DNA of 64,000 nucleotides from the NCBI GenBank assembly GCA_900552495.1, contig URZY01000003.1, positions 110,627 through 174,626 of the forward strand. The letters are read 5' to 3'. This DNA is from an uncultured Mycoplasmatota bacterium (GTDB taxonomy: Bacteria; Bacillota_I; Bacilli_A; RF39; UBA660). Each line of letters starts with the position of its first letter. Position 1 is the stretch's first letter. Below, in pieces: positions 37,941 to 47,500 of this stretch. Below the pieces are notes generated by a model. The model was not told where the DNA came from. It ran no database searches and saw nothing but the letters and a program-made list of their open reading frames with translations. Both the position numbers and the translations under genes were made by a program.

Positions 37941-38546
37941 ATGGTTATTCCAAAGAAGATTATGATTGAGGCGGTTCAACAGGCAAAGGTTCTTCCCTAT
38001 GAGGAAGAGCTAGTTAGTAATTTGCGGGAAATAAATTATCAAGGCTTGCCGCTTTCTATTTGTGTCTTAACAAAAGATATATGTCAGGGAGAATGCTATG
38101 TGACATCTATTAATTTGACAAGAGGAATGAATCAATTTCAGCTTGTTCATGGTGATGTTAATTGTATTGAATTAAATGATTCCTATCCAAATCACTCTTG
38201 GGTTGAAAAAGATGGTTTTGTCTATGATCCGACAGATGGCTTTAAATGGGATAAGAATTTATATTATACCTTGTTTTCTCCTATTGTAAGAGAAGTATAT
38301 GATGAAAATACTGTCGCGAATTACCCTTATTATAGTGAAGTTGTTAGTAAAGGTCACATTGAAATTCCGTTAGAACAGACTGCTTTAATGATTCAATATA
38401 TTGAAATGCTGAATGATGAGGAAAAAAGTGTTAATAGTGAACGCTTGCAAGGAGAGATTGATTTTTGGAGAAAACAAAATGGGATTAATTATCGCTATTG
38501 CGAAGAAACAATGAAAAAATATAAAGAATATATGAAAAGAAATTAA
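37941..38546 (+). CDS. Hypothetical protein with a Cys...His...Asp arrangement compatible with a papain/transglutaminase-like fold
   Basis: 201 aa; CQGECYV ... NHSWVEKDGFVYDPTDG; speculative. Confidence 0.3.
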   Translation: MVIPKKIMIEAVQQAKVLPYEEELVSNLREINYQGLPLSICVLTKDICQGECYVTSINLTRGMNQFQLVHGDVNCIELNDSYPNHSWVEKDGFVYDPTDGFKWDKNLYYTLFSPIVREVYDENTVANYPYYSEVVSKGHIEIPLEQTALMIQYIEMLNDEEKSVNSERLQGEIDFWRKQNGINYRYCEETMKKYKEYMKRN

Positions 38547-38582
38547 ATGATATGATATAATCTTCTAGAAGTGAGGTAAGTT

Positions 38583-39263
38583 ATGTATTTTTGTCAAAAA
38601 AACCTAACAAGATTGAGAAATAACCAAGCCACCTTTTTTCTAGATCCAAAAGAATTAGCAGAAGTTTGTTCTAAATTAAAAAAGACAGATTATGCTATTT
38701 ATTATCCTTATAAAGATAGTGAAAAAAATATTCTATACAATAGTAAATTACCAGAGATACTTCTTTATGAAATAAAACCAAAAGTACCTGTTCGGCATCA
38801 AGATATTTTAGGGAGTGTTTATTCAATAGGCATGACTCATGAAATGTTTGGGGATATTTTAATCATTAATGGACATTATTATATTTATATTTTAAAACTT
38901 GCGAGAAATTATTTTGAAAGTAATTTTTTAACAATTGGGAATAATCCAATTGAACTCATGAATATCGATATCGATACCTTAAAAGACTATGAACGTAATT
39001 ATGAAACTTTGGAATTAATAGTTTCAAGTAATCGTATTGATACAATTGTTGCGAGTATTTGCCGGATTGGGAGAAGTAATATAATAGACATGCTAAAGAG
39101 AAAAGAAATTATGCTTAATTATGATTTTTTAAAAGATTCGGCTTATAAATTAAAAGAAAATGATATTTTTAGTATTAAGAAAATTGGAAAGTTTAAGTAT
39201 ATTGGGATAATTAAAATAACAAAAAGCAATAATTATATAATTAGAATTTTAAAATATATTTAA
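38583..39263 (+). CDS. YlmH-family RNA-binding protein with C-terminal S4 domain
   Basis: 226 aa; C-terminal NRIDTIVASICRIGRSNIIDMLKRKEIMLNYDFLKDSAYKLKENDIFSIK matches the S4 motif (RLD..v.....SR....i..G.V.vNg....k.s..v..gD.i.v). Confidence 0.6.
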   Translation: MYFCQKNLTRLRNNQATFFLDPKELAEVCSKLKKTDYAIYYPYKDSEKNILYNSKLPEILLYEIKPKVPVRHQDILGSVYSIGMTHEMFGDILIINGHYYIYILKLARNYFESNFLTIGNNPIELMNIDIDTLKDYERNYETLELIVSSNRIDTIVASICRIGRSNIIDMLKRKEIMLNYDFLKDSAYKLKENDIFSIKKIGKFKYIGIIKITKSNNYIIRILKYI

Positions 39264-39292
39264 AAGACCCTATCATTTTGAAGGGTCTTTTT
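39264..39292 (+). terminator. Terminator hairpin aagaccc / gggtctt + T-run between the convergent YlmH-like and DUF4097 genes
   Basis: Perfect 7-bp GC-rich stem, 11-nt loop, T5. Confidence 0.6.
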
Positions 39293-39308
39293 ATAATTAT
39301 TAAATAAA

Positions 39309-40139
39309 TTAGTCATCATATGAGTTGACTTCAATATCACCACTTGTTGTTGTGATTAAAAGTTCATGAGAGGACTTTCTATTGTTATTAAAGATATCAA
39401 GCTTACCACTTGTTGTTTTATGATTTATATAAACATCTATTGTCCTTTTTATTTCGACTGAACCAGAAGTAGTTGTTATTTTAGAATCTTTTGTTAATGC
39501 TAAGGTGTTTATCTCAACATCTCCTGAGAGTGTATTTATATTACAACTTTCTGTTAATTTATTTATTTCAATGTCACCACTAGTAGTTGTTAATGTGCCA
39601 TTAGAAAGTTCATTTAATTCTAGGTCTCCACTCGTTGTTTGAGCAATTAACTCTTGTAATTTGTATATTTCAACATCTCCACTAGTTGATTTTATAGTTA
39701 CATCTAGACTTATTTCGTCTAATAGTTTTATATCCCCTGATATTGTTTTTACATTTAATTTACCAATTAAATTTTCTGGAACCTCAAGTTCTATTCTAGA
39801 ATCTTTTGAGGAAAAGAATTGAAAATTGGCATAATTATTTCGATCATTTATTTTTAAAACATCATTACTAATGTCAATATTAATATTTTGCTTGTTTTGA
39901 CCATATATTTTATAGCTAATATCTTTACTAAGTGATTTTTTTATATAAATATCAGAAGAAGTAGATTCTATATTAATAGTTTTGATATCTTTAGTTATAG
40001 TTTCACTATGCAATAATTTGGTAGTATTGTTTATTATTAAGGGTTGTCTTATAAGTAAAGCAACTAATAAGCCACTTAATAAAAAGATAACTATAAGTAA
40101 TAGAATTATTTTTATAATTGCTAGAGTTTTATTAGTCAT
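39309..40139 (-). CDS. DUF4097/DUF4098 beta-strand-repeat protein (putative adhesin-like solenoid) with N-terminal TM anchor
   Basis: 276 aa; repeated TxSGD[IV]E[IL] units (TISGDIKL, STSGDVEI, TTSGDLEL, TTSGDIEI, TLSGDVEI, TTSGSVEI, TTSGKLDI, TTSGDIEV). Confidence 0.65.
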   Translation of the reverse strand: MTNKTLAIIKIILLLIVIFLLSGLLVALLIRQPLIINNTTKLLHSETITKDIKTINIESTSSDIYIKKSLSKDISYKIYGQNKQNINIDISNDVLKINDRNNYANFQFFSSKDSRIELEVPENLIGKLNVKTISGDIKLLDEISLDVTIKSTSGDVEIYKLQELIAQTTSGDLELNELSNGTLTTTSGDIEINKLTESCNINTLSGDVEINTLALTKDSKITTTSGSVEIKRTIDVYINHKTTSGKLDIFNNNRKSSHELLITTTSGDIEVNSYDD

Positions 40140-40833
40140 TATTATCCCTCATTCCATAAATTAGTTTTATTACTGATTCAATAGCGGCATCGATAAGCCA
40201 AATTATCCAAGTGATATGCCAAGCCATTGTTAGAAAGCTGATTACTAAATATATTATTAAAGTGATTAGCTCGACTAACTCACAGATTGATTTTACTTGT
40301 TTATCTTTAGATGATATACTCTCTTCTAAATTATTTTTTGAAATGACTTCGTCTTTCTTAAAGGCAATTCCTTGGTATACTAAAATACAAGTAGCAGTGC
40401 CACATAACATAAGAAAACCACAAACTCCTATTATTTCGTTATAACCTAATTCTTCAAATAGTATTATTGTAATAACACTTAAAAAATAGAGAAAAATACT
40501 TACGGTAATACTTATGGCTCTCTTTTTTGACTGTTTTTCTTTGGGGTGCTGAATTGATATATCCCCTTCACTTAACAAACTTTCTGTTGAAATATTATAC
40601 AATTTGCAAATAGGAATTATTTTATCAAAGTCTGGTTTTGAGTCTCCAGTTTCCCACTTTGATACAGTTTGCCTAGTCACGTTTAATCTATCAGCAACTT
40701 CTTCTTGTGATAAGCCTTTACTTTTTCTTAAATTATATAGTTTTTCTCCTAAACTCATTTTCTCACCTCTTTTGTTAAGTATACCATTATTTGTTGGTTG
40801 CTTTCTAGCAATTACTGTTGGAAAGTTAAGCAA
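40132..40833 (-). CDS. XRE-family HTH regulator fused to a C-terminal multi-TM domain
   Basis: HTH LYNLRKSKGLSQEEVADRLNVTRQTVSKWETG; 4 TM helices after it; overlaps the downstream DUF4097 gene by 8 nt. Confidence 0.7.
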   Translation of the reverse strand: MLNFPTVIARKQPTNNGILNKRGEKMSLGEKLYNLRKSKGLSQEEVADRLNVTRQTVSKWETGDSKPDFDKIIPICKLYNISTESLLSEGDISIQHPKEKQSKKRAISITVSIFLYFLSVITIILFEELGYNEIIGVCGFLMLCGTATCILVYQGIAFKKDEVISKNNLEESISSKDKQVKSICELVELITLIIYLVISFLTMAWHITWIIWLIDAAIESVIKLIYGMRDNND

Positions 40834-40845
40834 CTAATCTTAACA

Positions 40846-42063
40846 TTATTCATACATTACATTTATATCAACGTTCCCATTGATTCCATCAACGCGACCA
40901 TTCGAGCATAACTGCCAGAATTTGTAATCGCCTTGATAAGTTGTTTGACTAGTATAATGGGCAAGCCAAGTTGGATACTTAGTTTCAAACCAAACTGTTT
41001 CTAAGTAATTTTTACTGCTATATAACATTCCTTTATAACCTGCTTTTTCAATTGTCTTTAGATAAGTATTGGCCATTTCGGTTAGATTATAAAAACTCAA
41101 ATTAAATTCTTGATAAAATGACCAGTTTTCCCAATCGAAGACAACTGGTAACTCTAGTTTATAATCTTTTATTTGCTTTAGAACCCATTCGGCTTCTACT
41201 TTAGCAGCTAAATTACTATTAGCATAAGAGTAAAAATAAACGCCAACAGGTATACCTACTTCTTTAAACCCTTTAATATTTCTTTCAAACTTATTATCAA
41301 CAAAGTATTCACCACCAATTCCTCGTTGACTTCCAACACGGATAAAAACAAATTCAACTCCCGCATCTTTTACTTTTTGAAAATCAATATCACCTTGCCA
41401 ATGAGAAACATCTAGTCCAATTTTTGTTTTTTCTGATTTATATTTAGAAACTATATCTGAAAAAGCTTGAGTTGGTGTAGAAGTTGGTTTACTAGAACCA
41501 GTATTTGGTGTTTTTTCTTTAACAATTAAGTTAAAATTATTGGTTGAAGTGTTACCACTAGAGTCTGTCCCTTTAAAAACTAGCGAATAGGTTCCTGGAA
41601 TATTGACATCATAAGTGCCAATTATTTCACACGTTGGTTGATTATCATAGTTGTCACCACAAAAAAGTTCTGTTTCAATATTTCCTGTATAACCTTTTGT
41701 TACAGTTAAACTTGATGAAGAATAAATAAGTGGTGGTGTTTTATCAACAATATTAATAGTAAATGTATATGGTACTTTTATATTATCATCATTGATATAT
41801 TGAAAGGATATCTCCTTTTCACCTACTTTAGTAGTATCAATCTTCTTATCTGTTATTAAATTACCATTAATAGATTCAATAAAATTTGATAAATGAACAT
41901 CTTCAAAAACAGATACTTCTAAATTATCATGTAGTTGAACAATTATTTCAGCATGGGCAATACGCCAAATATTGTATAACTTAGATAGTAGTAAAATAAC
42001 TAATATGGTTACTATAGTGATAGATATAACAATTATTATTTTTTTCTTTGTTTTTATACGCAT
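40846..42063 (-). CDS. Membrane-anchored GH25 muramidase (lysozyme) with Ig-like/DUF5011-type middle domain
   Basis: 405 aa; N-terminal TM; C-terminal GLDVSHWQGDIDFQKVKDAGVEFVFIRVG...GVYFYSYA...VVFDWE is a GH25 catalytic module. Confidence 0.8.
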   Translation of the reverse strand: MRIKTKKKIIIVISITIVTILVILLLSKLYNIWRIAHAEIIVQLHDNLEVSVFEDVHLSNFIESINGNLITDKKIDTTKVGEKEISFQYINDDNIKVPYTFTINIVDKTPPLIYSSSSLTVTKGYTGNIETELFCGDNYDNQPTCEIIGTYDVNIPGTYSLVFKGTDSSGNTSTNNFNLIVKEKTPNTGSSKPTSTPTQAFSDIVSKYKSEKTKIGLDVSHWQGDIDFQKVKDAGVEFVFIRVGSQRGIGGEYFVDNKFERNIKGFKEVGIPVGVYFYSYANSNLAAKVEAEWVLKQIKDYKLELPVVFDWENWSFYQEFNLSFYNLTEMANTYLKTIEKAGYKGMLYSSKNYLETVWFETKYPTWLAHYTSQTTYQGDYKFWQLCSNGRVDGINGNVDINVMYE

Positions 42064-42102
42064 ATAGACACCAAAGAAGAATAGTAACTATTCTTCCCTT
42101 TC

Positions 42103-43926
42103 TTATTTAAATTTTTTCCACATGATTGTTAAAACATTTAAGACTGATAGAAGAGTTACACCAACATCAGCAAAGACTGCCATCCAAACAGTGCTTAAGC
42201 CTAAAGCACCTAGTATTAAAACAATAATTTTAATAGTTAGCGCAAAAGCAAGAGTTTGAACTATTTTCGTTCTTGTGTATTTAGCAATTTGTAGAGATGT
42301 CTTTAATTTTTTTAAATCATCCTTCATAATGACTATATCGCTTGCTTCTATGGCAGCATCAGATCCTACTTGCCCCATTGAAACACCAATATCAGCAAGG
42401 TGAAGAACTGGAGCATCATTTACACCATCGCCAACAAACATTACCTTACCACTTTCTTGAAATTCTGTCACTTTTGTAACTTTGTCTTGTGGAAGAAGAG
42501 CTGCAAAATATTTTTTTACACCTACTCTAGAAGCTACTCTTTTAACAACCTCCTCAACATCACCTGATAAGATTATTAATTGTTTATTGAAGTCAGTGAC
42601 TAATTTTTTAAGAGATGAAGCAGATTTTTTAATAGCATCAGAAATAACTATATAACCAGCATATTCATTATTTATTGCAATATGAATGATTGTTCCTAAT
42701 TCAGTAATTGGAAGAGTTATAATATTGTGATCTTTTAATAATTTTTCATTTCCTATTAGGACTTTTTGTTCTTCAATTCGGCAACTAATTCCTTTACCAC
42801 TAATTTCTTTATAGTATTTTGCTTCTAACTTTGGTAATTTATTTTTCTTCTTTATAGCCTCAGCAATTGGATGAATAGAAAATTCTTCAGCAGAGGCCGC
42901 GATTTGAAGAAGTTTTTTACTTTGCATTTCAACAGGATAAATTTTTGTTACTTCAAAAACGCCTTCTGTAATTGTTCCTGTTTTATCCAAGACAATATAA
43001 TCAATATCATTTAATGTTTCTAATTCTTTACTTCCCTTTATCAAGATTCCTTCCTTGCTAGCTCTACCAATTCCACTAAAATAAGCAAGAGGAACAGAAA
43101 TTACTAGTGCGCATGGACATGATGTTACTAAAAAAACTAAAGAACGATATAGCCAATCTTTAAAGTCATAACCTAAAATAGTTGGGATTAGTGTCAAGAG
43201 AATAGCTAGAATGACAACAACAGGTGTATAAATACTAGAGAATTTAGTTATAAATTTCTCCGTTTCAGCCTTTTTAACATTGGATGTCTCTATTAAATTG
43301 ATAATCTTAGTTGTTGTCGTGTTGCGGTATGTTGCGGTTGCCTTTATACGAAGAACTTTTTCTTTATTAATACAGCCACTTAAAACCTTATCATTTTTAC
43401 TCACTTTACGGGGGATTGATTCACCAGTAAGAGAGGAGGTGTTTAAAGAGGAGGTGCCCTCAATAACTATTCCATCTAAAGGAATCTTCTCACCAGGTTT
43501 TACAACTAAGATGTCCCCTTCAGTGACCTTTTTTATATTTACTGTAACTATTTCATCATTTACTATGATATTAGCCTTTTCAACACGTAAATCTAGTAAA
43601 TCTTTTATCGATTTCTTGCTTCTATTAACCGCTAAATCAGCTAGATATTCACCTATTTCAAATAATAGCATGACCATAACAGCTTCTTCGAAACTACCGA
43701 TTGCAAAAGCACAAAGAGTTGCTATTATCATTAAAACATTTTCGTCAAAAAACATTTTCTTTTTTATATGTTTGAAAGCATTAATATAAATTGAAGCACT
43801 AATAATAGCATATGATACGCCTAAAAAGAAAATTTGAGTATTTGCTTCAGGGATAAATATTGATGTTACAAAAAAAGCAATACTAATAACTATTTTGATT
43901 AAATCTTCATTCCATATTTTTTTCAT
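42103..43926 (-). CDS. cadA: Heavy-metal (Cd/Zn/Co-type) P1B-type ATPase lacking an N-terminal HMA domain
   Basis: 607 aa; SCPCALVIS transmembrane metal site, DKTGTIT phosphorylation motif, VGDGVNDAP hinge. Confidence 0.85.
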   Translation of the reverse strand: MKKIWNEDLIKIVISIAFFVTSIFIPEANTQIFFLGVSYAIISASIYINAFKHIKKKMFFDENVLMIIATLCAFAIGSFEEAVMVMLLFEIGEYLADLAVNRSKKSIKDLLDLRVEKANIIVNDEIVTVNIKKVTEGDILVVKPGEKIPLDGIVIEGTSSLNTSSLTGESIPRKVSKNDKVLSGCINKEKVLRIKATATYRNTTTTKIINLIETSNVKKAETEKFITKFSSIYTPVVVILAILLTLIPTILGYDFKDWLYRSLVFLVTSCPCALVISVPLAYFSGIGRASKEGILIKGSKELETLNDIDYIVLDKTGTITEGVFEVTKIYPVEMQSKKLLQIAASAEEFSIHPIAEAIKKKNKLPKLEAKYYKEISGKGISCRIEEQKVLIGNEKLLKDHNIITLPITELGTIIHIAINNEYAGYIVISDAIKKSASSLKKLVTDFNKQLIILSGDVEEVVKRVASRVGVKKYFAALLPQDKVTKVTEFQESGKVMFVGDGVNDAPVLHLADIGVSMGQVGSDAAIEASDIVIMKDDLKKLKTSLQIAKYTRTKIVQTLAFALTIKIIVLILGALGLSTVWMAVFADVGVTLLSVLNVLTIMWKKFK

Positions 43927-44240
43927 TAGATAACCTCCGCTATATGTTCTAAGCCATATTTCAATATTATTTTTATATGATCATCGCTGATACTATATAT
44001 AATATTTTTCCCCTCTTTTGTCGTTTTAACTAGATTTGAGGCCCGCAAATTTTTTAGTTGATGTGAAACTGCCGATTGTGAAATATCAAGTACCTCACTA
44101 ATTTCATTTACACACATTGGTTTATTAAGCAATACATCTAAAATTCTTAGACGTGTTTGATCTGCAAATATTTTATAAAATTCGCTTAAGCCAGAAAGTA
44201 ATTCTTTACTGTGTATTTTCATAATTACACTCCTTTTCAT
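43926..44240 (-). CDS. cadC: ArsR/SmtB-family metalloregulator (CadC-like); true start probably the internal ATG at 44222 (RBS aaaggag, 7-nt spacing)
   Basis: HTH ...FADQTRLRILDVLLNKPMCVNEISEVLDISQSAVSHQLKNL...; stop overlaps the cadA start. Confidence 0.8.
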   Translation of the reverse strand: MKRSVIMKIHSKELLSGLSEFYKIFADQTRLRILDVLLNKPMCVNEISEVLDISQSAVSHQLKNLRASNLVKTTKEGKNIIYSISDDHIKIILKYGLEHIAEVI

Positions 44241-44292
44241 ATGAATATATGTTCATATATTCATATTATTATAATTCGTAAAATATGTCAAT
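44238..44292 (-). promoter_or_regulatory. cadC-cadA control region: consensus sigmaA promoter (TTGACA-17-TAATAT) immediately followed by a perfect 12-4-12 palindrome ATATGAATATAT-gttc-ATATATTCATAT (ArsR/SmtB-type operator)
   Basis: rc(atatgaatatat)=atatattcatat; -35 at 44287-44292 and -10 at 44264-44269 on the minus strand; palindrome at 44238-44265 spans +1. Confidence 0.65.
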
Positions 44293-44385
44293 TACTTTCT
44301 ACTTCTTTTCTATTATGAATTTAATTATATCAAAAGTTATTTAAGGTTTTCAATATTTTCCAATTAAAAAAGTACCGCTTGGTAC

Positions 44386-44637
44386 TTAGGTGTTAACTTT
44401 AATTTCTTCTAAAGCCTTGGCCAATTGATCTCCACAAGAAGTTTTTTTAAAACCACAGGTAATACCTGACAATTTTTCAACCACGGTGTCAATGTTCTGG
44501 CCTTCTACAAGCGCTGAAATAGCCTTTAAATTGCCATTGCAACCACCGGTATACTCAACATTATAGATTTTATGATCCTTAATATCAAATTCAATCTTAG
44601 TTGAACAGGTTCCTTTTGTTTTATAAGTGTAATGCAT
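44386..44637 (-). CDS. TSCPD-domain mini-protein (TIGR03905-like, four conserved Cys)
   Basis: 83 aa; GTCSTKI...GGCNGN...ITCGFKKTSCGDQL; start region overlaps the 3' end of the FemAB gene by 17 nt. Confidence 0.55.
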   Translation of the reverse strand: MHYTYKTKGTCSTKIEFDIKDHKIYNVEYTGGCNGNLKAISALVEGQNIDTVVEKLSGITCGFKKTSCGDQLAKALEEIKVNT

Positions 44638-45859
44638 ATTTTACCTCCTTGAGTTTATGAAAAAATTTAGATATATAATAGTAAATATTAATTGGCAACT
44701 CATATTCACCGATTAATTCTTCTACGACACCATTAAAGCCTTTTTTAAACTCATATATTCCATAATTATTAGGGTGCTCATTTATATTCTCAGGAATTCC
44801 ATAAAAGTTATGCTTCTTAAAACCATTATTGATACCATACTTAATTAATTCCCATTGAAGTAGATACTGGGAATTGAATTTTAAATACTCTTCATAATTG
44901 CCACTAGATAAATAGATTATTTCTGGATGAATTAGCATAAACATTGATCCTGATAAGGTTATTATATCACTATTTGTCTTGTTTTTAATATCTTTAGCTT
45001 CAGCAATTTTTCTAGTTAGTGAGGAAATATCTTTTTCTAATTCTCTTTTTCTCGTCGACTTAATATTATTGGTATCCAACTTGAGAAGTTTTTCATGAAG
45101 TTCTTTTTCCAAATATTCGACATAATCATTAATATTAAGTTCACTTACATAGTATTTTACTTCATTTTTAGGAGAAAATAACTTATACATATCTTCATAG
45201 TAATCTGCATTACGAGATTTAAAATTTCGCCTCTTTGCTGTTTCTTTCAAAATATGGTTAAATTTTGATAACTCATTGTAAGAAATTTCTTTAATTTTAA
45301 TTCCAGACTTTTCTGCCTTTCTGATAATATTTCTTGTGTTAGCTTTCATTTCGTTCAGAATATCTTCTTCTGTTTTTCCATCTAAATCGAGAGAAAACAT
45401 CCAACTAACTTGTTCATTATCTTTTGAAGGGACTTTTTTAAAGCCTATTTTTTCTAAATTCTTAACTATTTTATTATTATCAATTCCATTTTCAACTATA
45501 TTTCCATCACGATCACGTTCTTTATTAATAATATAAGGGTCTATTCTTAAGATATAGCCCTTATGCTTTTTTATATATTTAGTTATTTCCTTTGTAAAGA
45601 ATTCTAGTAGTTCTTTGTTACTATAATCTAGTAAATATCCCCTAGGACTATAGAATTCATACATATTTAGTCTGTTTTTTCGACTTAGCAGCATTGCTGC
45701 ACCACATATTCTACCGGATTCTTTGACTCCAACATAGTTAACATTCCAAGACCTTTTTTGCCTTAACTTGCCAATCTCAACGGCAGAAAGAAATGTTTTT
45801 AAAGGATGACTTTCCCAATAAGTTTCGTATTCTGTTTCGGTTAGTTCTACAAATTCCAT
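44621..45859 (-). CDS. FemAB-family peptidoglycan cross-bridge aminoacyl-transferase (FemX/MurM-like)
   Basis: 412 aa; two GNAT-like lobes separated by a coiled-coil insert (...KLLKLDTNNIKSTRKRELEKDISSLTRKIAEAKD...), characteristic FemABX architecture. Confidence 0.75.
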   Translation of the reverse strand: MEFVELTETEYETYWESHPLKTFLSAVEIGKLRQKRSWNVNYVGVKESGRICGAAMLLSRKNRLNMYEFYSPRGYLLDYSNKELLEFFTKEITKYIKKHKGYILRIDPYIINKERDRDGNIVENGIDNNKIVKNLEKIGFKKVPSKDNEQVSWMFSLDLDGKTEEDILNEMKANTRNIIRKAEKSGIKIKEISYNELSKFNHILKETAKRRNFKSRNADYYEDMYKLFSPKNEVKYYVSELNINDYVEYLEKELHEKLLKLDTNNIKSTRKRELEKDISSLTRKIAEAKDIKNKTNSDIITLSGSMFMLIHPEIIYLSSGNYEEYLKFNSQYLLQWELIKYGINNGFKKHNFYGIPENINEHPNNYGIYEFKKGFNGVVEELIGEYELPINIYYYISKFFHKLKEVKYALHL

Positions 45860-45908
45860 ATATCCCTCCTATTATTTAGTATATTCGGGATAATTTTTTT
45901 TATTAGAA

Positions 45909-46613
45909 CTACTGACGTTTAATTTTATTTTTAAATTTTTTTGTCAAATTATTAACTTTTTCTTTAAATTCTTCGGGAATGGTATATAAGATTTTATCTT
46001 TATCAAAAATGGTAAAGATGAATAAAGCAATCATAATAAACAATAATATCAATGAAATGAATAAGGCTAAACTAAAACGGTCCGTTTTCTCTTTGGTGGT
46101 ATTTAAATAGCTATTAGTTAAATAAGTTTCAAAGTTGTCCTTAGTAATTTTAATTTCGTTTTCTGCCGGGACAAAATTTGCAACATTCTTAATGGCTAGT
46201 TCCTTTAAATCTTCTTTTATTATTTCGGGATAACCATAGACCTTTAAAGGTGTTGGTTCTTTGTCTGTTCGTTCGTAAGTATAGTCAATTATGTCTTTAT
46301 ATTTATTATACTCATCTTCATTAATTCCTATTAAGTAGGTATGCCATAGACCTGTATCTTCTTTTTCAATAACAAAATGGATGCCTAGATTTTCTTCTTC
46401 ATAGTAAGCAAATTTTTCAGACATTTTTGAGACCTCAATATAAGAGTATTCCTCAACACTCTCAACTTCTCCCCAAGGTTTAGCATAGTATTTTTCTTGA
46501 AATAAACGATATGAACATACTGCTAAAATTGTAATAACAATTAGATAGATACTACATAAAAACATTTTTATAGTTAATTTTTTTTCTGAAATTTCTTTTT
46601 TTATTCTTTTCAT
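45909..46613 (-). CDS. Hypothetical bitopic membrane protein (N- and C-terminal TM helices around an acidic domain)
   Basis: 234 aa; hydropathy only. Confidence 0.35.
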   Translation of the reverse strand: MKRIKKEISEKKLTIKMFLCSIYLIVITILAVCSYRLFQEKYYAKPWGEVESVEEYSYIEVSKMSEKFAYYEEENLGIHFVIEKEDTGLWHTYLIGINEDEYNKYKDIIDYTYERTDKEPTPLKVYGYPEIIKEDLKELAIKNVANFVPAENEIKITKDNFETYLTNSYLNTTKEKTDRFSLALFISLILLFIMIALFIFTIFDKDKILYTIPEEFKEKVNNLTKKFKNKIKRQ

Positions 46614-46668
46614 ATACTACCTCTTATTATGTTAATATAATATAACCATTTTACGAAAAAAGAAAAGA

Positions 46669-47499
46669 TTATTCTTTCAATTTTTTATTAAATCTCGGGA
46701 TAAACTTTTCTAGTATTTTATATTCGTCTCTGTTTTTTACGTATAGATAACCTAATATTGAAAAAACGACTGCACCAATAAAGTTAACAAATAAATCTTT
46801 CATTGTATCATTAATACCTAATTCTAAATAACCACCTTCTATAGTTATTTTGTCTTTATCATTATTGTAATAGATATCTGTTTTGGTAATATCTTTTAGC
46901 ACAACTGGAACATTTTTATTTTCCTCATTTAGTTCAACTGATGATATTACTTGAACTATGCGATCTTTTTGCATATCTAATAGAAAATATCGATCTGATG
47001 CATATTCATAAAATTCCCATAAAACACCAACTGTCATAGAAAAGCAAAATGCTACTAGAGATAAAAATAATGGTGATAGTTTAATATTAAATCTTTCCCC
47101 TCTATTTATAATATCAATTAAGGAGAAACCGACGGCCGCACATAAGAATCCATTTAAGGTATGAAGCATAGTATCCCAATGTTTGAAGACACCATAGAAG
47201 TTTTGAATTTCTCCTAATATCTCAGCGGCAAAAATAAATAGGTAAACTGTTATTTCTAAGAACGATGGCAATTCAATATTTAATTTATTAGTTATTAAAG
47301 TGGGAACCGTAAATAATATTAGTGTCAATCCACATAAAAATACATTATTCCAATTAGAATGAACGGCTTGGCCAACCATACAAACAATAACTAAAAATCT
47401 TAAAGCAAAGTAAACGACGATGGTTTCCTTGGCCTTTAGTCCCATCACTTGCTTTGTTTTCTTTTTTAATTTTTCTTTTCTTATTTTTTTGTCATTCAT
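46669..47499 (-). CDS. Hypothetical polytopic membrane protein; start taken at MNDKK (RBS aagga)
   Basis: ~276 aa; 5-6 TM helices then soluble C-terminal domain; the longer ORF in the track overlaps the DagK gene end. Confidence 0.4.
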   Translation of the reverse strand: MNDKKIRKEKLKKKTKQVMGLKAKETIVVYFALRFLVIVCMVGQAVHSNWNNVFLCGLTLILFTVPTLITNKLNIELPSFLEITVYLFIFAAEILGEIQNFYGVFKHWDTMLHTLNGFLCAAVGFSLIDIINRGERFNIKLSPLFLSLVAFCFSMTVGVLWEFYEYASDRYFLLDMQKDRIVQVISSVELNEENKNVPVVLKDITKTDIYYNNDKDKITIEGGYLELGINDTMKDLFVNFIGAVVFSILGYLYVKNRDEYKILEKFIPRFNKKLKE

Positions 47500-47500
47500 T

